Under the pieces are notes generated by a model. That model was not told the DNA's origin. It worked only from the letters and a program-made list of their open reading frames with translations, and made no database searches. The position numbers were made by a program, and so were the translations under genes. Shown here one piece after another: positions 1-12,700 of a stretch of 64,000 nucleotides of DNA. Source of the DNA: Octopus vulgaris (taxonomy: Eukaryota); assembly GCA_951406725.2 (NCBI GenBank), contig OX597821.1, positions 54,126,001-54,190,000 on the forward strand, in the 5' to 3' direction. Every line of letters starts with the position of its first letter. Positions within the stretch are counted from its first letter, which is position 1.

Positions 1-104
1 TGAATATACCCTTACTCTTTGGAAGAGATAAATTAGCATCTTATAATGATACACCAGCAATGGTGGGTCATCAGTGTCGATGGCACCAGCAGCAGCAGCA
101 GGGC

Positions 105-280
105 CATCATCATTTAATGTCAATTTCTATGATAGTATGAGCTGGATGGTTTAACAGGATCCAACAGGTTAGAAGACTATGTCTTGCTCCACCTCTCTCG
201 GTTTTGGGCTGGATATCCTTCCTAACACTGACTGGTTAACAGAATGAATACACTCTGTTCTTTTCATGGTGCCAGCACTA
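105..280 (-). mobile_element. Degenerate RTE-LINE 3' UTR fragment
   Basis: catcatcatttaatgtc...ctggatatccttcctaacact...ggtgccagcac is a decayed version of the repeat at 14735, 25519 and 33263, whose longer copies run into an RTE C-terminus. Confidence 0.45.
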
Positions 281-1109
281 TAAAGAAGATTGTTTTGCCA
301 TCAGTGTCTCAAGCTCTGTAGGGTCACTATTTGAATCAATTACTCACCACATACAGAGTGTAATGTGTGTCCTTTCATAGCACCAACGTTAGTCAGGTTG
401 CCTTGAAGCACAATAGGGTAAAAAAAAAAGAACCCTCTACAATGGATAGAACAGACCTACTGTTAGGAGAGGATAGCAGTGAAGAGAATAGAAGAGGGAA
501 CAGTGTTGAGGTTGGAGTAATGGAAGAGTGGCAGGAAGAGGGAAGACAAAGAGTAGTATCAGGGTTTGTGAGAGAGAGTGGGAGGTCAATGTAGTAATGG
601 GATCGGATGGGTTGAGTATGTGAATACAAATAGAATGTGACAGTTCACTTGCCAAAACTGCATGGTCTGAACAGTTTGAGCAGCTCAAAGGCAGTTCTTA
701 TTAGAGTTACACTGGTATAGTGAGAGAGTAAGTGTGAGAGCATGACATGGTAGGGGAAAGACTAATGGACACGATTTTAGAAAAAGGCAAAGGGAAAAAC
801 TGAAATGTAGTGTCTGGGGATTAGTGAGAGAGAATTAAAGAATGATAGGATGGTGGAAAGAATTGAGTAGAAGGAGATGCAATGCTATTCCATGATGAAT
901 ATGGATGGATAATATGGAGTGTGAAGGAAAGATAAGATGATGATAACAGCACTTAAGGTAACATCACCAAGAGAGCATAGTGAGAGGAAAATCAGTGAAG
1001 GGATGTAGAGTTTGCTAGAGTCCAGTCCCTCCTTACCAAGAATTATCAAACTTAAATTAATCATAAGCAAAATAAATAAATAAATAAATAAATAAATAAA
1101 ATGTGACAG

Positions 1110-2400
1110 TTATCTCCACACATGCATCACATCAGGGTTAGAGGATAAACAGGTGAGCTATACTTTATGAATTCTTCCAAACTGCATATATTGATAGCAA
1201 ACAATAATGTCTTAATTATCAAATTCAGCAGTTTTAATGAACACTTGTCCAATATCTATCGATTAAACATGATGGCTTTCCTTGAGCACATGATGCCTAT
1301 GAGTACTAAGAAAGAAATATTAATGGATCAAGTTGCTGGATTTTTATGATGAAAATGATTTCATCAAGTACAACACAAACTTCAGGAAACCTCTCAGTCA
1401 CCTGATCGCTTACTAATCCCATGAGTACACAAGCCAGGTAAATTTTATTGTCACCAGAAAGCAGGTTAGAGGGTGACTGAATGCCCAGTCCTTCCCAGTG
1501 AAGACTGTATTTCCCAACATAGGTTAGTTGTTAGTGAGTTCAAAATAAGGGCTGTGCTGACTTGGAAGCAAAAGATAATTTGGAGGAAGAAAGACTTGGA
1601 AGTTGAAAGAGTCTACTATTGGTCAGAGATTCAGAAAGAAATTAATTGATACTTACAACAGTTGGGAGGAATGAGATTTATAACACTGAGTAAAATTCTT
1701 TACTGAACAATCTACTAGGACCTAATGGAAAAGGTAAGAAAGAAGTTTACGCACATCCTGCAACATGGGAATCAGAAATATGGAGAGTTCTGCACTGCTA
1801 AACTGTATCCTAGAGAAAAGTGAAATGTAAGAGGATGTGTATACAGAATGATAGCAGTACACTTACTCTCATTGACGTTGATAAGAAAGAGGTATGGAAG
1901 TGCTACTGTGAGAGGCTGCTGGATGTAGAAAATGCATGGAAGAAAGGAGCTATACCTCATGTTAACCCAGCAGAGGAACCTACCTATTTCTTTATTACCC
2001 ACAAGGGGCTAAACATAGAGGGGACAAACAAGGACAGACATAGGCATTAAGTCGATTACATCGACCCCACTGCATAACTGGTGCTTAATTTATCGACCCC
2101 AAAAGGATGAAAGGCAAAGTCGACCTCGGCGGAATTTGAACTCAGAACGTAACGGCAGACGAAATACTGCAAAGCATTTTGCCCGGCGTGCTAACGCTTC
2201 TCCCAGCTCGCCACCTGAAGGAACCTACCACCCAAGATGACAACGGTATGGTACATAGTACGTTAAGGAATATAAAAGTATGGAAAATAACTAAGTCATC
2301 AAGGATTGTCACCAAAATGCATGAAATATCTCGCAAAGAAGGGCACAGAATAGGCACATGAACAGTAAATCAAGTAGAACAGTAAAATGTTTTACTCAAT
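1110..2400 (+). mobile_element. RTE-clade LINE relic (AP endonuclease C-terminus and linker), interrupted by a SINE
   Basis: Fragmentary translations YNTNFRKPLSHLIAY..SQVNFIVTRK, CIQNDSSTLTLIDVDKKEVWKCYCERLLDVENAW and, after the SINE, MVHSTLRNIKVWK..SSRIVTKM resemble RTE ORF motifs. Many stops and frameshifts. Confidence 0.72.
1985..2218 (-). mobile_element. tRNA-derived SINE family A (Meta-like central domain), with 11-bp TSD
   Basis: Minus strand: GGTGGCGAGCTGG (A-box-like), GAGTTCAAATTCC (B-box-like), core GCCTTTCATCCTTTTGGGGTCGATAAATTAAG. TSD AGGAACCTACC at 1974-1984 and 2219-2229. Confidence 0.9.
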
Positions 2401-2849
2401 GACTGGTGCTGCATAACATTGTTAACTGTAGCCATGCACATTGATGTCTGTGAATGTTTACAAACTGCTCTTCACATGTAAATTGTACTGAACTAAAGTT
2501 GGTGATAAGTTCCTTGTTGAAATCATACAACAGCTCATCTTTTCAAAGACAAGTAGAATGAAAACTTCCTTATTTGAAAAATCAGGTAAGGGTTAGTGAC
2601 AGGAAGGAAAATGGGCTGTAAAACAATGCCTCAGTAATACAAATTCATATAACATATGCTAGCATGGAAAACCTGATGCAAAATGAACAAATAAAATTTA
2701 TAACAAACAAAGGTATGTATATATAATTTCCACATAAACAGTGACGTAGACTGCTTCTATCTACAATGAAAACAAGGTGGAAGAGGCTTAACATTGATCC
2801 AAAATGCCTTTGAATGTGTGCATTATATTCCTTCAGCAACATCTTTTAA

Positions 2850-4070
2850 CCACCAAGTGTTGAAGAGCATCTCTTGAACAAGTTTGCATACATGAGGCTG
2901 ATAACATCATAAGACTTGGAAGGTAGCTCCTTGAGCAGCGCTCTCTGTCTGATAACCTAGAATACATACCCAAAGAAGTTGCACAACTCTACAACAATGT
3001 ATCATCAGATGAAAGGATGAGCCTATGTGAGCAGAAGACTATGCATGGATATGTTAGTAGAAAGCTCCGTGATAATAGTAACATCGATCATCAAAGCAGT
3101 TTATCATGGGCCAATAGCTGGATTACTATCTCCCACTTTGATGGGTAAGTGTTTGCAATCCAGGAACAAGAAATATCAACTAAGTACCTGATGCACAAAA
3201 GGGATAGAGATGCAGGAAAAGCCATAAAATGTGACAACTGATGCAGACTTTGTGGAGTTCACACTGAAGGTATCACCAAAATCATAAGCAGTTGTCCAAA
3301 AATGTCATCACAGTATTATCTACTGACAAAAGATGATTTTTAGCTAGGACTTTCTATAATGAAATCCATCAGAAGGATGGACAAAGAAATAAGAACCCAC
3401 AATATGGTAGAGGCCAAAGCTACTCATAATAAAAAGGGATATTAGTGGAATGTCCCAGTGAAGACCTTAATAAAATGTAAGCACAACAGACCTGATATAA
3501 TGATTTGAGATAGAGAAGAGAAATTGTGTACAGTTGTGGAAATTAGCTGCCCAGCAGATGTTAACATAAACCTGAAGATCAGTGAAAAAGAGAACACTTA
3601 TGCTGAACTATTGAGAAATCTGCAGTTACACTAACCAGATTCCAGGTTCAGGTTTATACCTGTAATTACTGAGGCCCTCAGGTAAGTAACACACAGCCTA
3701 AATACTGATCTTGAGAAATTAGGCTTCTCAAAACCAGAAAGGAGAAAGCTAATTCGAAGACTTCAGACCCATTCCATCACTGGAACTGTAAAAATCTGTA
3801 AAACTTTCCAGAAGTTTATCAGTTAGATATATATGAACATGTCTAGATATGCAACTATATGCATGAGAATACATACATAAAACATGCAAATCTGCACATA
3901 CATACATACATGCATGCATGCATACATATATAATACATACATACATACATACATACAAACAAAAATGCCTTGTTGATGCTTATATTCCAATGAAGGAGCC
4001 TTGGATCTAGGTTAGAAACCAGTTCTTTCTTTATTGGCAAAAAATATTGAAATATACTGAATAATGAAAT
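2850..4070 (+). mobile_element. R4/Dong-like (RLE-type) non-LTR retrotransposon 3' end, pseudogenised
   Basis: FAIQEQEISTKY, CCHC-like CRLCG..ITKIISSC, HNRPDIMI.DREEKLCTVVEISCP (PD-(D/E)xK nuclease), FIPVI; then putative 3' UTR ending in (TACA)n. Confidence 0.82.
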
Positions 4071-4097
4071 ACATACATACATACATACATACATACA

Positions 4098-4131
<34 letters not shown>

Positions 4132-4142
4132 CATACATACAT
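4068..4142. repeat. (CATA)n microsatellite
   Basis: Direct tandem tetranucleotide run; a second run lies at ~3895-3957. Confidence 0.95.
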
Positions 4143-5399
4143 GCATGAAATCTGTCTCGAGCTATTACATCCATAATTATACCCACTTTTGCATGCACAC
4201 ATTCACATACACACAACAAGGCATTGACACTCACATTTACTGATACATTGATCTAAAGGAGTCGGAACTTCACATCCTAAATATTTCTTACATTAATTAA
4301 CAACTTTTGAGCATATCTTGAAAAAGTTTATTAAGAAACTTTTAATAACTAAAACTTTAAGAATTGAGTAATAAGCTAATGATTTTAAGATGCTATTGTT
4401 GAACAGCTTGCAGTAAAGATATCTGATAAACTGCTACCATTTAAGTGATGCCAAACAGTAAGTGATATAAGAAGTATATGCTGGCCTTTTGACAAGCATA
4501 TACAGCATATTTAGTAGTAATTTCCTAAGGTAGTTCAAATCTGTCATTAGAAACTATATATTTTCTGATACCATTCTCTTTCCACAGAAGTTTTGAATAA
4601 TTTGGTAATTTGGAAAATTGATTTCAAAACCTCTGACATTTCAGCACTTTGTATTGAATGCATATGATGTGAACCAACTGACCATTGAAAATGCTGTGAG
4701 ATTTTGAATCTGACTCAATGAAGATTAGATTTGGTTATCATGCATTCTTTGAAAGTGAAGCTAATCTACATTTCAGTTCTTTATGATTAACGCTTCAAAG
4801 AGAACCATTTCACATGTCTATTGAATATTTTGACAAAAGAGATACATTGACAAATAATTGGAAGAAATTTGTTATTTCAATGGTGTAACAAAATAAATGG
4901 TCTACATGATGATGATTGTTGAATACTATGTTTTGAAATTGCCATTGTAATTCATCTTGTTCAGTTTACTACTTCATAAGTATTGCTGCTGCTACTACTA
5001 CTATAACTATTACTACTACTACTAAGTCTATATAACTTTCTCAACACATTTCCTATAATGTTGTCATTAGCGATATTTCTTCTGAAATATTCTCATACTT
5101 AATTAATTTACTAACAAAATGTTGGTTACCAATGCTATTTATGCATTTTGAGTGTCCATCAGTAGAACATATCTAAACTATCCATGTATATATCCTTGTG
5201 GGATATATATATATATATAATTGGAGAGAGAGAGACAGAGACAGAGAGATGCATACATTTATATTATTCACATAATATATATACACACACACATACATGT
5301 ATAGACTCACAACCATACATAAGTGGTATAGTTGACCAAAACTTTCTATTAGTGGTGGAAAAATTCAAAACCACTAAGATTAAGAGTTATCAGCATATT

Positions 5400-6135
5400 T
5401 GTAACTGAGGATACAGATAATTGACTGGAGGTTACTAGCAATGTTCTTTGCTGAATTATGCCCTAAACTGGTCCCCCAATGAGTAAAACTCTTTCCCTTT
5501 CATAGTCCACCAGTTTGTAAATTCCAAACTGCTCTCTACATCCACATTCATCCATTAATCATTGTAGGATGCACATGGATGACAATTTTTTTTTCTTTGT
5601 TTTGCAAATTGCTCCACTGGCAAAAATTTTCTCTTAAAAACAATTGGTTTTTACAAGAAAGAAGTAATATAACACTGCTTTTTATGGTCAGTGGTTCCAA
5701 TCAAAACAGATTTTTTTTCTTTTTTGGTCTATAGTACCATTCATGTCAGAGCCAAAAGGTGCCAAGTTGTAGCACTTCCTTTTATCAATTTCTAATTACA
5801 AACTGGTGAATATCTTATCATTTAGATCAGTCGGCAATTTTTGTGAGCTTTTGTTTTTCTATTGAAATACTAAGTCAAACTGTCTGATAAATCTAGAGCA
5901 CCATTCAACTCTTGCCTTAAAATCAGAAATTCCATACTTATTTGCCTCTTTTTGTGCTTGGATTAGGAGGACAGTACAAATAACACAATCTCAAATTTGA
6001 TGATTTTCTGGTATTCACTCTGCAACTGTTTTCTCCAGTTCAGTTGAAGACACTTGCTTAGTTTAATATATTTTCTTGCTGGTATTGTCTGAAGTTTGAT
6101 GCATATCTTTCTCCAGTCTTTCATTAGTTCCTCTA
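5400..6135 (-). mobile_element. pogo-like DNA transposase relic
   Basis: Minus strand is collinear with 11640-12300 (actggagaaag, cagacaatacca, ccagtttgtaat.agaaat, gtcat.catgtgcatcc). Remnants of WC.RF, QKLP.D and DQFRA motifs. Confidence 0.68.
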
Positions 6136-8564
6136 AGATACAAAACAGTTATGTGTCTTCTCAGTAACTTCAGTAACTTTTAGTTTGAAAGTTGATGTAT
6201 GTTTTTTGTTTGTTTTTTTCATTGATGTTGTTTTCTTGTGAAAGGCATTTTCACACAAAATAATTGCAATATTTTAAAATCTCAAATAAATAATTGTTTT
6301 ACACAAGTGTTATTAGGAAATGAAGTCACTTGAGCCACAAAGAGATATTATGACAGAACTTTACTCATTCAATAGCAAACTTGAAAAAAAATCTGTAAGT
6401 TAATGTTTGTGAATTGTACATCAAAACTAATAATAGGCTTACATGGAAATAAATTTATTTTGAAATCATATTATATTTTGGCCACAACTAGGAGGGAACT
6501 TTTGCCTTGACATAAGGGTAGCATGCTAAACAAGTGTATTTTGCTGATCTGTCTGATTTATGGTACAAAAGAAAGAAACAGAAAAGAGAGAATGAGAAAT
6601 ATTAAATGAAAGTATAGTAAAAGACTGAATTTGTGTGTGTGAGTGTGTGTGTGCGTGCATGTGCAAACATGCATATGGAAGAGTTTGTTGTATAACATAC
6701 AACCATAAAAACTGTCTGGCATCTGGCTTCTGAGCATTGCAAGATAATAACTGTGATGATATATAGCAGTGAAACATGGCAGAGGAAACTAGTAAATTTT
6801 GCAGCAAGTGAAAGTAGCTGTGTAGAAGTAAGAGATGGCATTATTATTGTTTTATATAACTAACATGACAATGCAGAGTGTGTACAGGAAATAAATATTA
6901 AAGATTATGGAAAGCCCAAGAGTTAAGTGTAGAGATATAAAAATGTCATGCACATATTGCATAATTACCACATCTCTTCGTTTAAAAGAACAATGGGTAT
7001 TCTTGTCAGAAATATAAAATCACATGCTGTCTATCAGAAGTAAAGCTCTTTCGTTTTGTTTCCAGTTTATGTTTGTTGTCAGTCTTGGTTTTAACACAGT
7101 CATTAATGGTTATGTTAATGATAGCAGTGTTGTTTAAACATAAGTCATCCCTAATCAAAAGAATTCCATCAGTGCTGGTGGAAGAAATATAAAAGTTGTT
7201 AAACAGAGGCTGAAAATATAAGAGTAAAGAGTAAGGAAAGAAGGAACGAAAACCATGAATATATTATGTTGGTGGAGTGTGAAATAGAATTGTTCATTTT
7301 AATATGGAGTAGCAATGAGTGGATACAAATGAAATTGTATCTCTGCTTTCTCTCTCTGCTGTTTGGTTCATGACATTCCAATTGTAACCATTCTGGATTT
7401 CATTGATACATGATGCACCTAGGATTGCATTATCCTTTCTTTCCTTCCTTTCTTTAATACAGTAGATTGCTAACTGATGAGCTCTGGGTGCTATTTCTAA
7501 GAGGTCAAGAGACTTTAGAGATAGCACTTACACTAAGTAAGTTATATAGCACAATCTGCTTGGCTGATGGCAGGTCTTACATTTTCTCTTTCAATTGTTT
7601 GAGTTGGATGAAGGGAATATGCTATAGCCTTCATGGGCTTGCCAGAAGTGAAATAGGAAGAACTTGTGCTTATGGTATTCACACACCTAAATGGCCATTA
7701 GCAGCTTTTGTGAACCTCTTGATGGTTTAGTGAAAATCTGGTCAAGAAGAGAATTTCAGGGGGACAATATTCAGGAGTGGGAGACTGAATCTGGTGGAAG
7801 GACAGACTATGACAGAGAAATGTTTAAGTCAAGGAAGGTCTGTGTAGTGGTGACACAAGATGAAGGAGCAGCAAAAGGAGCTGAGATACTATTTAAATTG
7901 TATCCACTCATTGCTACTCCACCTTAAAATGAACAATTTTATTTCACAGTCCACCAACTTATAAAATATTCGTTAATTTCATTATTTCTTTCCTTACTCT
8001 TTATTCTAACATTTTCTAACATTTTCTACCTCTATCTTTTGTCTTTTACTTGTTTCAGTCATTTGACTGTTGCCATGCTGGAGCACCACCTTGAATGCTT
8101 ATAACAACTTTTATAATATTTCTTCCGCCAGCATTGATGAAGTTCTTTTGATAAGTAAGATATGAAATAGAGATTGAGGGAGTATGAGTTTCAAAAGGTC
8201 AGCATGGAGATAGATGTCAATAGAAGGATAACCTGATACAGAGGAATTGATGACAAGCAGTACAGGGGAATAAATGGAGGAATGCATTTGGATACCAGCA
8301 AATCCAATGCAATTCTAAATAAATGCACATTCATATACTCGTATGTGTGTGTGTGTGTGCGTGCGTACATGTATACATAATTGTATATACATAAATGTTA
8401 TAGTGGATATGGTTATTCCAAGAAAAAAAGAACTCAATACATGTGTAAAGTATAGATTTTTATTGAGGGAGTTGAAGATGGAGTCCCTTGTGGTGATTTA
8501 TCAGTTTTAGTCATGTACGAAATTTTCAAAAAATTTTATCTTTAAAATCTTAAAATCTTCACAC

Positions 8565-8632
<68 letters not shown>

Positions 8633-8708
8633 CAACAACAACAATAATAATAATAATAATAATAATAACAACAACAATAATAATAATAATAATATTAATA
8701 ATAATAAT

Positions 8709-8743
<35 letters not shown>
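8565..8743. repeat. (AAT)n/(AAC)n microsatellite
   Basis: Direct; one of many such tracts (also ~10332, 10607, 47474, 47960, 48235, 52710, 52995, 54025, 62800, 63258). Confidence 0.97.
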
Positions 8744-8744
<1 letters not shown>

Positions 8745-9245
8745 TGGAAGTGTTATCATGTACATTGTGTTGTCTTGGTATAAAAGATGGGCTACAGCAA
8801 ATATTCTGCTCAATACACAGATTTGCTTGTCAGTTGTTTGACTTTAACCAGTTGAGCATGTCCCTTAGTGGCTGACGATATGTGCATCTCTGATCACGAG
8901 CAGAAGGAGTTGGGGAGCATCATAGCCATGTGTTGAGAGGGATTCTTTGGGGTTTGAATAATTCACCTCTGGAAACATGGGTGGTTCTTTCAACATCCTT
9001 AAACAACCCTTATTCAGGGACCTTTGAGCGGGATGGGCTACTCAACCTGAAGAAAATTCTAACTGGGCCCCACCTGCAAGGTCATGTGCTGTTTATCTTG
9101 ATATGAGATCACCATGTCGCGCACATATGGTTGTGATGCATGTGCCTGGTGTACCCTTATCAGACGGGTAGTCATGATGGGTATATTGGGCTTCGTATAT
9201 TTTACCCCAGTGTCACTTTGATGGCATGAACTGCTCTCTCACTCA
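8744..9245 (+). mobile_element. Non-coding ~540-bp (AAT)n-embedded element, 5'-truncated copy
   Basis: Near-identical to 47036-47474, 10709-10925 and the reverse complement of 42153-42688. Ends ...CTCTCTCACTCA followed by ATAATAAT; flanked by AAT on both sides. Confidence 0.88.
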
Positions 9246-9264
9246 ATAATAATAATGATAATAA

Positions 9265-10195
9265 TAAACCAAAAATTATAGACCTATAACCTACTTAACA
9301 ATGTGTAAAATATTAACATCTGTCTTGACTGAATATGTCAGTAGTTTTTTAAAAGATAATGGCATCTGCTCTAATGAGCAAAAAGGATGTAAACATGGGT
9401 CCTATGGTTGTAAAGAGCAGTTACTCATCAATAAGATGATCTTGGAAGATTGTCACAAGCAACACAAGAGCTTGTTGATTGCTTGGATAGACCATAAAAA
9501 AGCTTTTGATAGTCTACCACATAGCTGGATTTTAAAATGTCTGGAAATTTATAAAATTTAGCACCTACTCTGCGAAACTTCTTATCTGTAAGTATGAGAT
9601 CATGGAGAACTACACTGATTTTGAACAGTGACAATGAATCTCTCAATGCTGGAAATTTAAGAATTTCATGAGTCATTTTCCTGGGTGACTCTCTATCACC
9701 AGTCCTCTTTTGTCAAGCCTTAATACCTCTCTAAAAATTGCTCAATGATGTTACAATATGGCTATAAAATGTTTGATAAAAATATAAATCATCTCTTTTA
9801 CATGCAAAAAATGACCAACAACTACAGAGCTTACTAGCTATTGTTAAACAGTTCAGTAATGACATTAGGATGAAATTTGGCCTCAATAAATGTGTACCTG
9901 AATGTCATGAAAACCTAAATGTCATAAAGGAGTCAGAACCAGCAGAGAGCTACAAATACCTACTGGTATTTGAAGGTGATGGGATCAAACATTCAGTGAT
10001 GAGGGAAAAGATCAGAAAAGAATGTTATCTCAGGGTAAGGGCAATACTCAAGACAGACCTGAATACAAGAAACAGGATCGAGGTGATCAATACTTTAGTC
10101 ATACTGGTGATGACTTACAATTTCAATAGTATTAACTGGTCAATCATCAAAATCTGTAACGACAGAAAAATTAAAAAAAATTGTTGACAATGCAT
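9265..10195 (+). mobile_element. R4/Dong-like LINE reverse transcriptase fragment
   Basis: KPKNYRPIT, EQKGCK.GSYGCKEQLLINKMILED, WIDHKKAFDSLPHSW, GDSLSP, INHLFYM, MKFGLNKC, ESYKYL; frameshifted. Same family as 63286-64000. Confidence 0.9.
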
Positions 10196-10199
10196 CAGG

Positions 10200-10330
10200 T
10201 GTTGAAGTGATCATAGAGCAATGTGAGCTGAGGGGTTTTGCTCAAGGACACAACACACCACTCGATCTAGGTATTGAAACCAGGATCTTGCAATTGTGAG
10301 TGCAACACCCTAACCACTAGGCCATGCATC
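10200..10330 (-). mobile_element. tRNA-derived SINE 5' part (third family, CORE-like)
   Basis: Minus strand GCATGGCCTAGTGGTTAG (A box), GGTTTCAATACC (decayed B box), TGTGTCCTTGAGCAA. Confidence 0.65.
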
Positions 10331-10399
10331 CAATAACAACAACAACAACAACAACAACAATAACAATAACAATAACAATAATAATAATAATGATGATTT

Positions 10400-10605
10400 C
10401 ATATTTTGACACAAGGGCAGCAAGTTCAGGGAAGGGGATAGTCGATTATATTGACCACAGTGTTCAGCTTGTACTCTTTTAATCAACCCTGAAAGGATGA
10501 AAGGCAAAGTCAACCTCAGTGGAATTTGAACTCAGAATGGGAAGATGAAAGAAATGTCACTAAACATTTTGCCCAGCATACTAGCAATTCTGCCAGTTCA
10601 CTGCC

Positions 10606-10607
<2 letters not shown>
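10400..10607 (-). mobile_element. SINE family A
   Basis: gaaaggatgaaaggcaaagtcaacctc..ggaatttgaactcagaa..cattttgcccagcatactagcaattctgccag, between AAT tracts. Confidence 0.85.
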
Positions 10608-10651
<44 letters not shown>

Positions 10652-10668
10652 CAACAACAACAATGATG

Positions 10669-10708
<40 letters not shown>

Positions 10709-10709
<1 letters not shown>

Positions 10710-10925
10710 TGGAAGTGTTATCATGTACATTGTTTTGTCTTGGTATAAAAGATGGGCTACAGCAAATATTCTGCTCAATACACAGATTTGCTTGTCAGTT
10801 GTTTGACTTTAACCAGTTGAGCATGTCCCTTAGTGGCTGACGATATGTGCATCTCTGATCACAAGCAGAAGTAGTTGGGGAGCATCATAGCCATGTGTTG
10901 AGAGGGATTCTTTGGGGTTTGAATA
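10709..10925 (+). mobile_element. Partial copy of the ~540-bp (AAT)n-embedded element
   Basis: Almost identical to 8744-8960; stops at the internal GTTTGAATAAT, which runs into (AAT)n. Confidence 0.88.
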
Positions 10926-11539
10926 ATAATAATAATAGTAATAATAATAATATAGGTAATAACCTGCTACTCACATAGATACCGACCAGGAAGAAGACTG
11001 AACCAAAATAATAGTAATAATAACCCCAGTATTAGACTTGTGCTTTATTTTATGAACCCGAAAAGGATGAAAGATGAAGTTGATTTTAAGATTTAAAAGC
11101 AGAATATAACGTACTGTAACAAATATTGAAAAACGTTTTGGTAGATGCTCTAAAGATTCTGCTAGTCTACACCACTAACAATGACAACAATAATAATAAT
11201 ACCATATATATTTATGGAAAAGTCGACCACTGTAAAAGTCAACCTAATAGCAGATCAATACTAGTAAGTCAAGGAATTATCTCATATATATATAGATGGT
11301 ACATTGTGGATAAAATTTATTTCCATGGTAGCCTATTATTGGTATGTGCTTTGATGTATTATTCAAACAGATATTTGGCTACAGATATCTTTAAGTTCTC
11401 TATTGAACAAGCAATGTCAGACAATAGCATCTCTTTCTGACTCAACTGAGTTCATTTCTTATAACATTTGTGAAAAACAACAGTATATAACAGAAGTTAT
11501 ATGTTAACAAATGGGTTGAAATATTGAAATTGTTTTATA

Positions 11540-12700
11540 TAAAAATGCCCTCTAGAAGAATAACTAACAAACAACTGCTTTAAAGCTAAAAGTTGCTGAA
11601 TTTTCCAAGAAGCCAAATAACTATGTTGTACCTCAAAGAAAGTAATGAACAACTGGAGAAAGTTATCATTCGAACATCAGACAATACCAACAGGGAAATA
11701 TACAAAACAATGCGAATATCCACAAGTGGAGAAAACCATTACAGAGTGAGTATTAGAAAGTCATCAAAATGGATATAGTGTTGTGTTGTCTGCCTAATCC
11801 ATGCACAAAAGGAAGAAAATAAGAATGGAATTGCAGATTTTTAAATAAGTGGTGCAGTAGCATGGCTTAGGGTTTCAGCAGAGAACTAAGATCACACAAA
11901 TTTTGCCTGGTGATTACAATTTTTCCAGTTTGTAATCAGAAATCAATAGAAGGAAGGCTAGAAGTTATCATGTATGGGGAACACAGCTGAAATGTCACTT
12001 GTGCTTGACATGACAGAGAATGGAAATGTAAATCATAAAGGATACAAAAACTAGTATTTATTTGAACCCTTGATTGCAAGAAATGTAGAATTACTTTATA
12101 TCTTTCTTCTATAGTTGATACTAAGTGGTCAAAATCAATGGTTGTTTTCAGGAGAAAATCTCAGTCAAAGGACCAATTACAAATGCCCTTTCCTTTCCCA
12201 AAATTTATAGTTGTCATTCATGTGCATCCACAAGAGTAAATGAATGAGATTGGATGTAGTAACTGGATAAAAGAAGTTTGAAATATGCGACCAGGCGAAG
12301 TATGAGAAGAAAAGAATTTGCTTATCTGGGAGCTTATAAAGGACATCTTCCTATTAAAAACACTATCATAGTTGATTTTCAAAACAGACTTATAATTTTT
12401 CTTTCTAAATTTTTAGATATTAGTATCCATAAGGCTTTGAAAAACATGATGAAAATCTAATGGAATCACCTGCTGTGAAATGGAGAAAAATCAAGCACAA
12501 AAATGACAGTTAGTGAGCCTCATAACTGCCTCTGATCTGTTAATGAACCATTGATTTATGGAAGAAAGTAAAAGTTGACATTATTGTCAAATAAGTTGAG
12601 AAATGTGGGATTTCAGATCTGTTGGATGGTACAGAAGATGATTATGCATCATTTGACATGGATGAGGAAATAGACAATGTGCGGTCTCTAACTATAGAAA
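11540..12700 (+). mobile_element. pogo-like DNA transposase relic
   Basis: Decayed KLKVAEF, RTKITQILP, FQFVIRN, IHVHP..MNE.GC..WIKEV..RPG and the pogo-type C-terminal KCGIS.LLDGTEDD. Confidence 0.72.

Noticed and set aside
400-1060. Purine-rich stretch with short ORFs
   Set aside because: Probably a decayed repeat, but no motif could be assigned.
3963-3975. 13-bp match (AAATGCCTTGTTG) between the RLE-LINE UTR and the 5' end of the 540-bp element
   Set aside because: Does not extend; plausible by chance in AT-rich DNA.
8559-8813. Poly-Ile/Asn/Tyr/His and YI/CV/HT ORFs here and throughout the window
   Set aside because: Translations of microsatellites.
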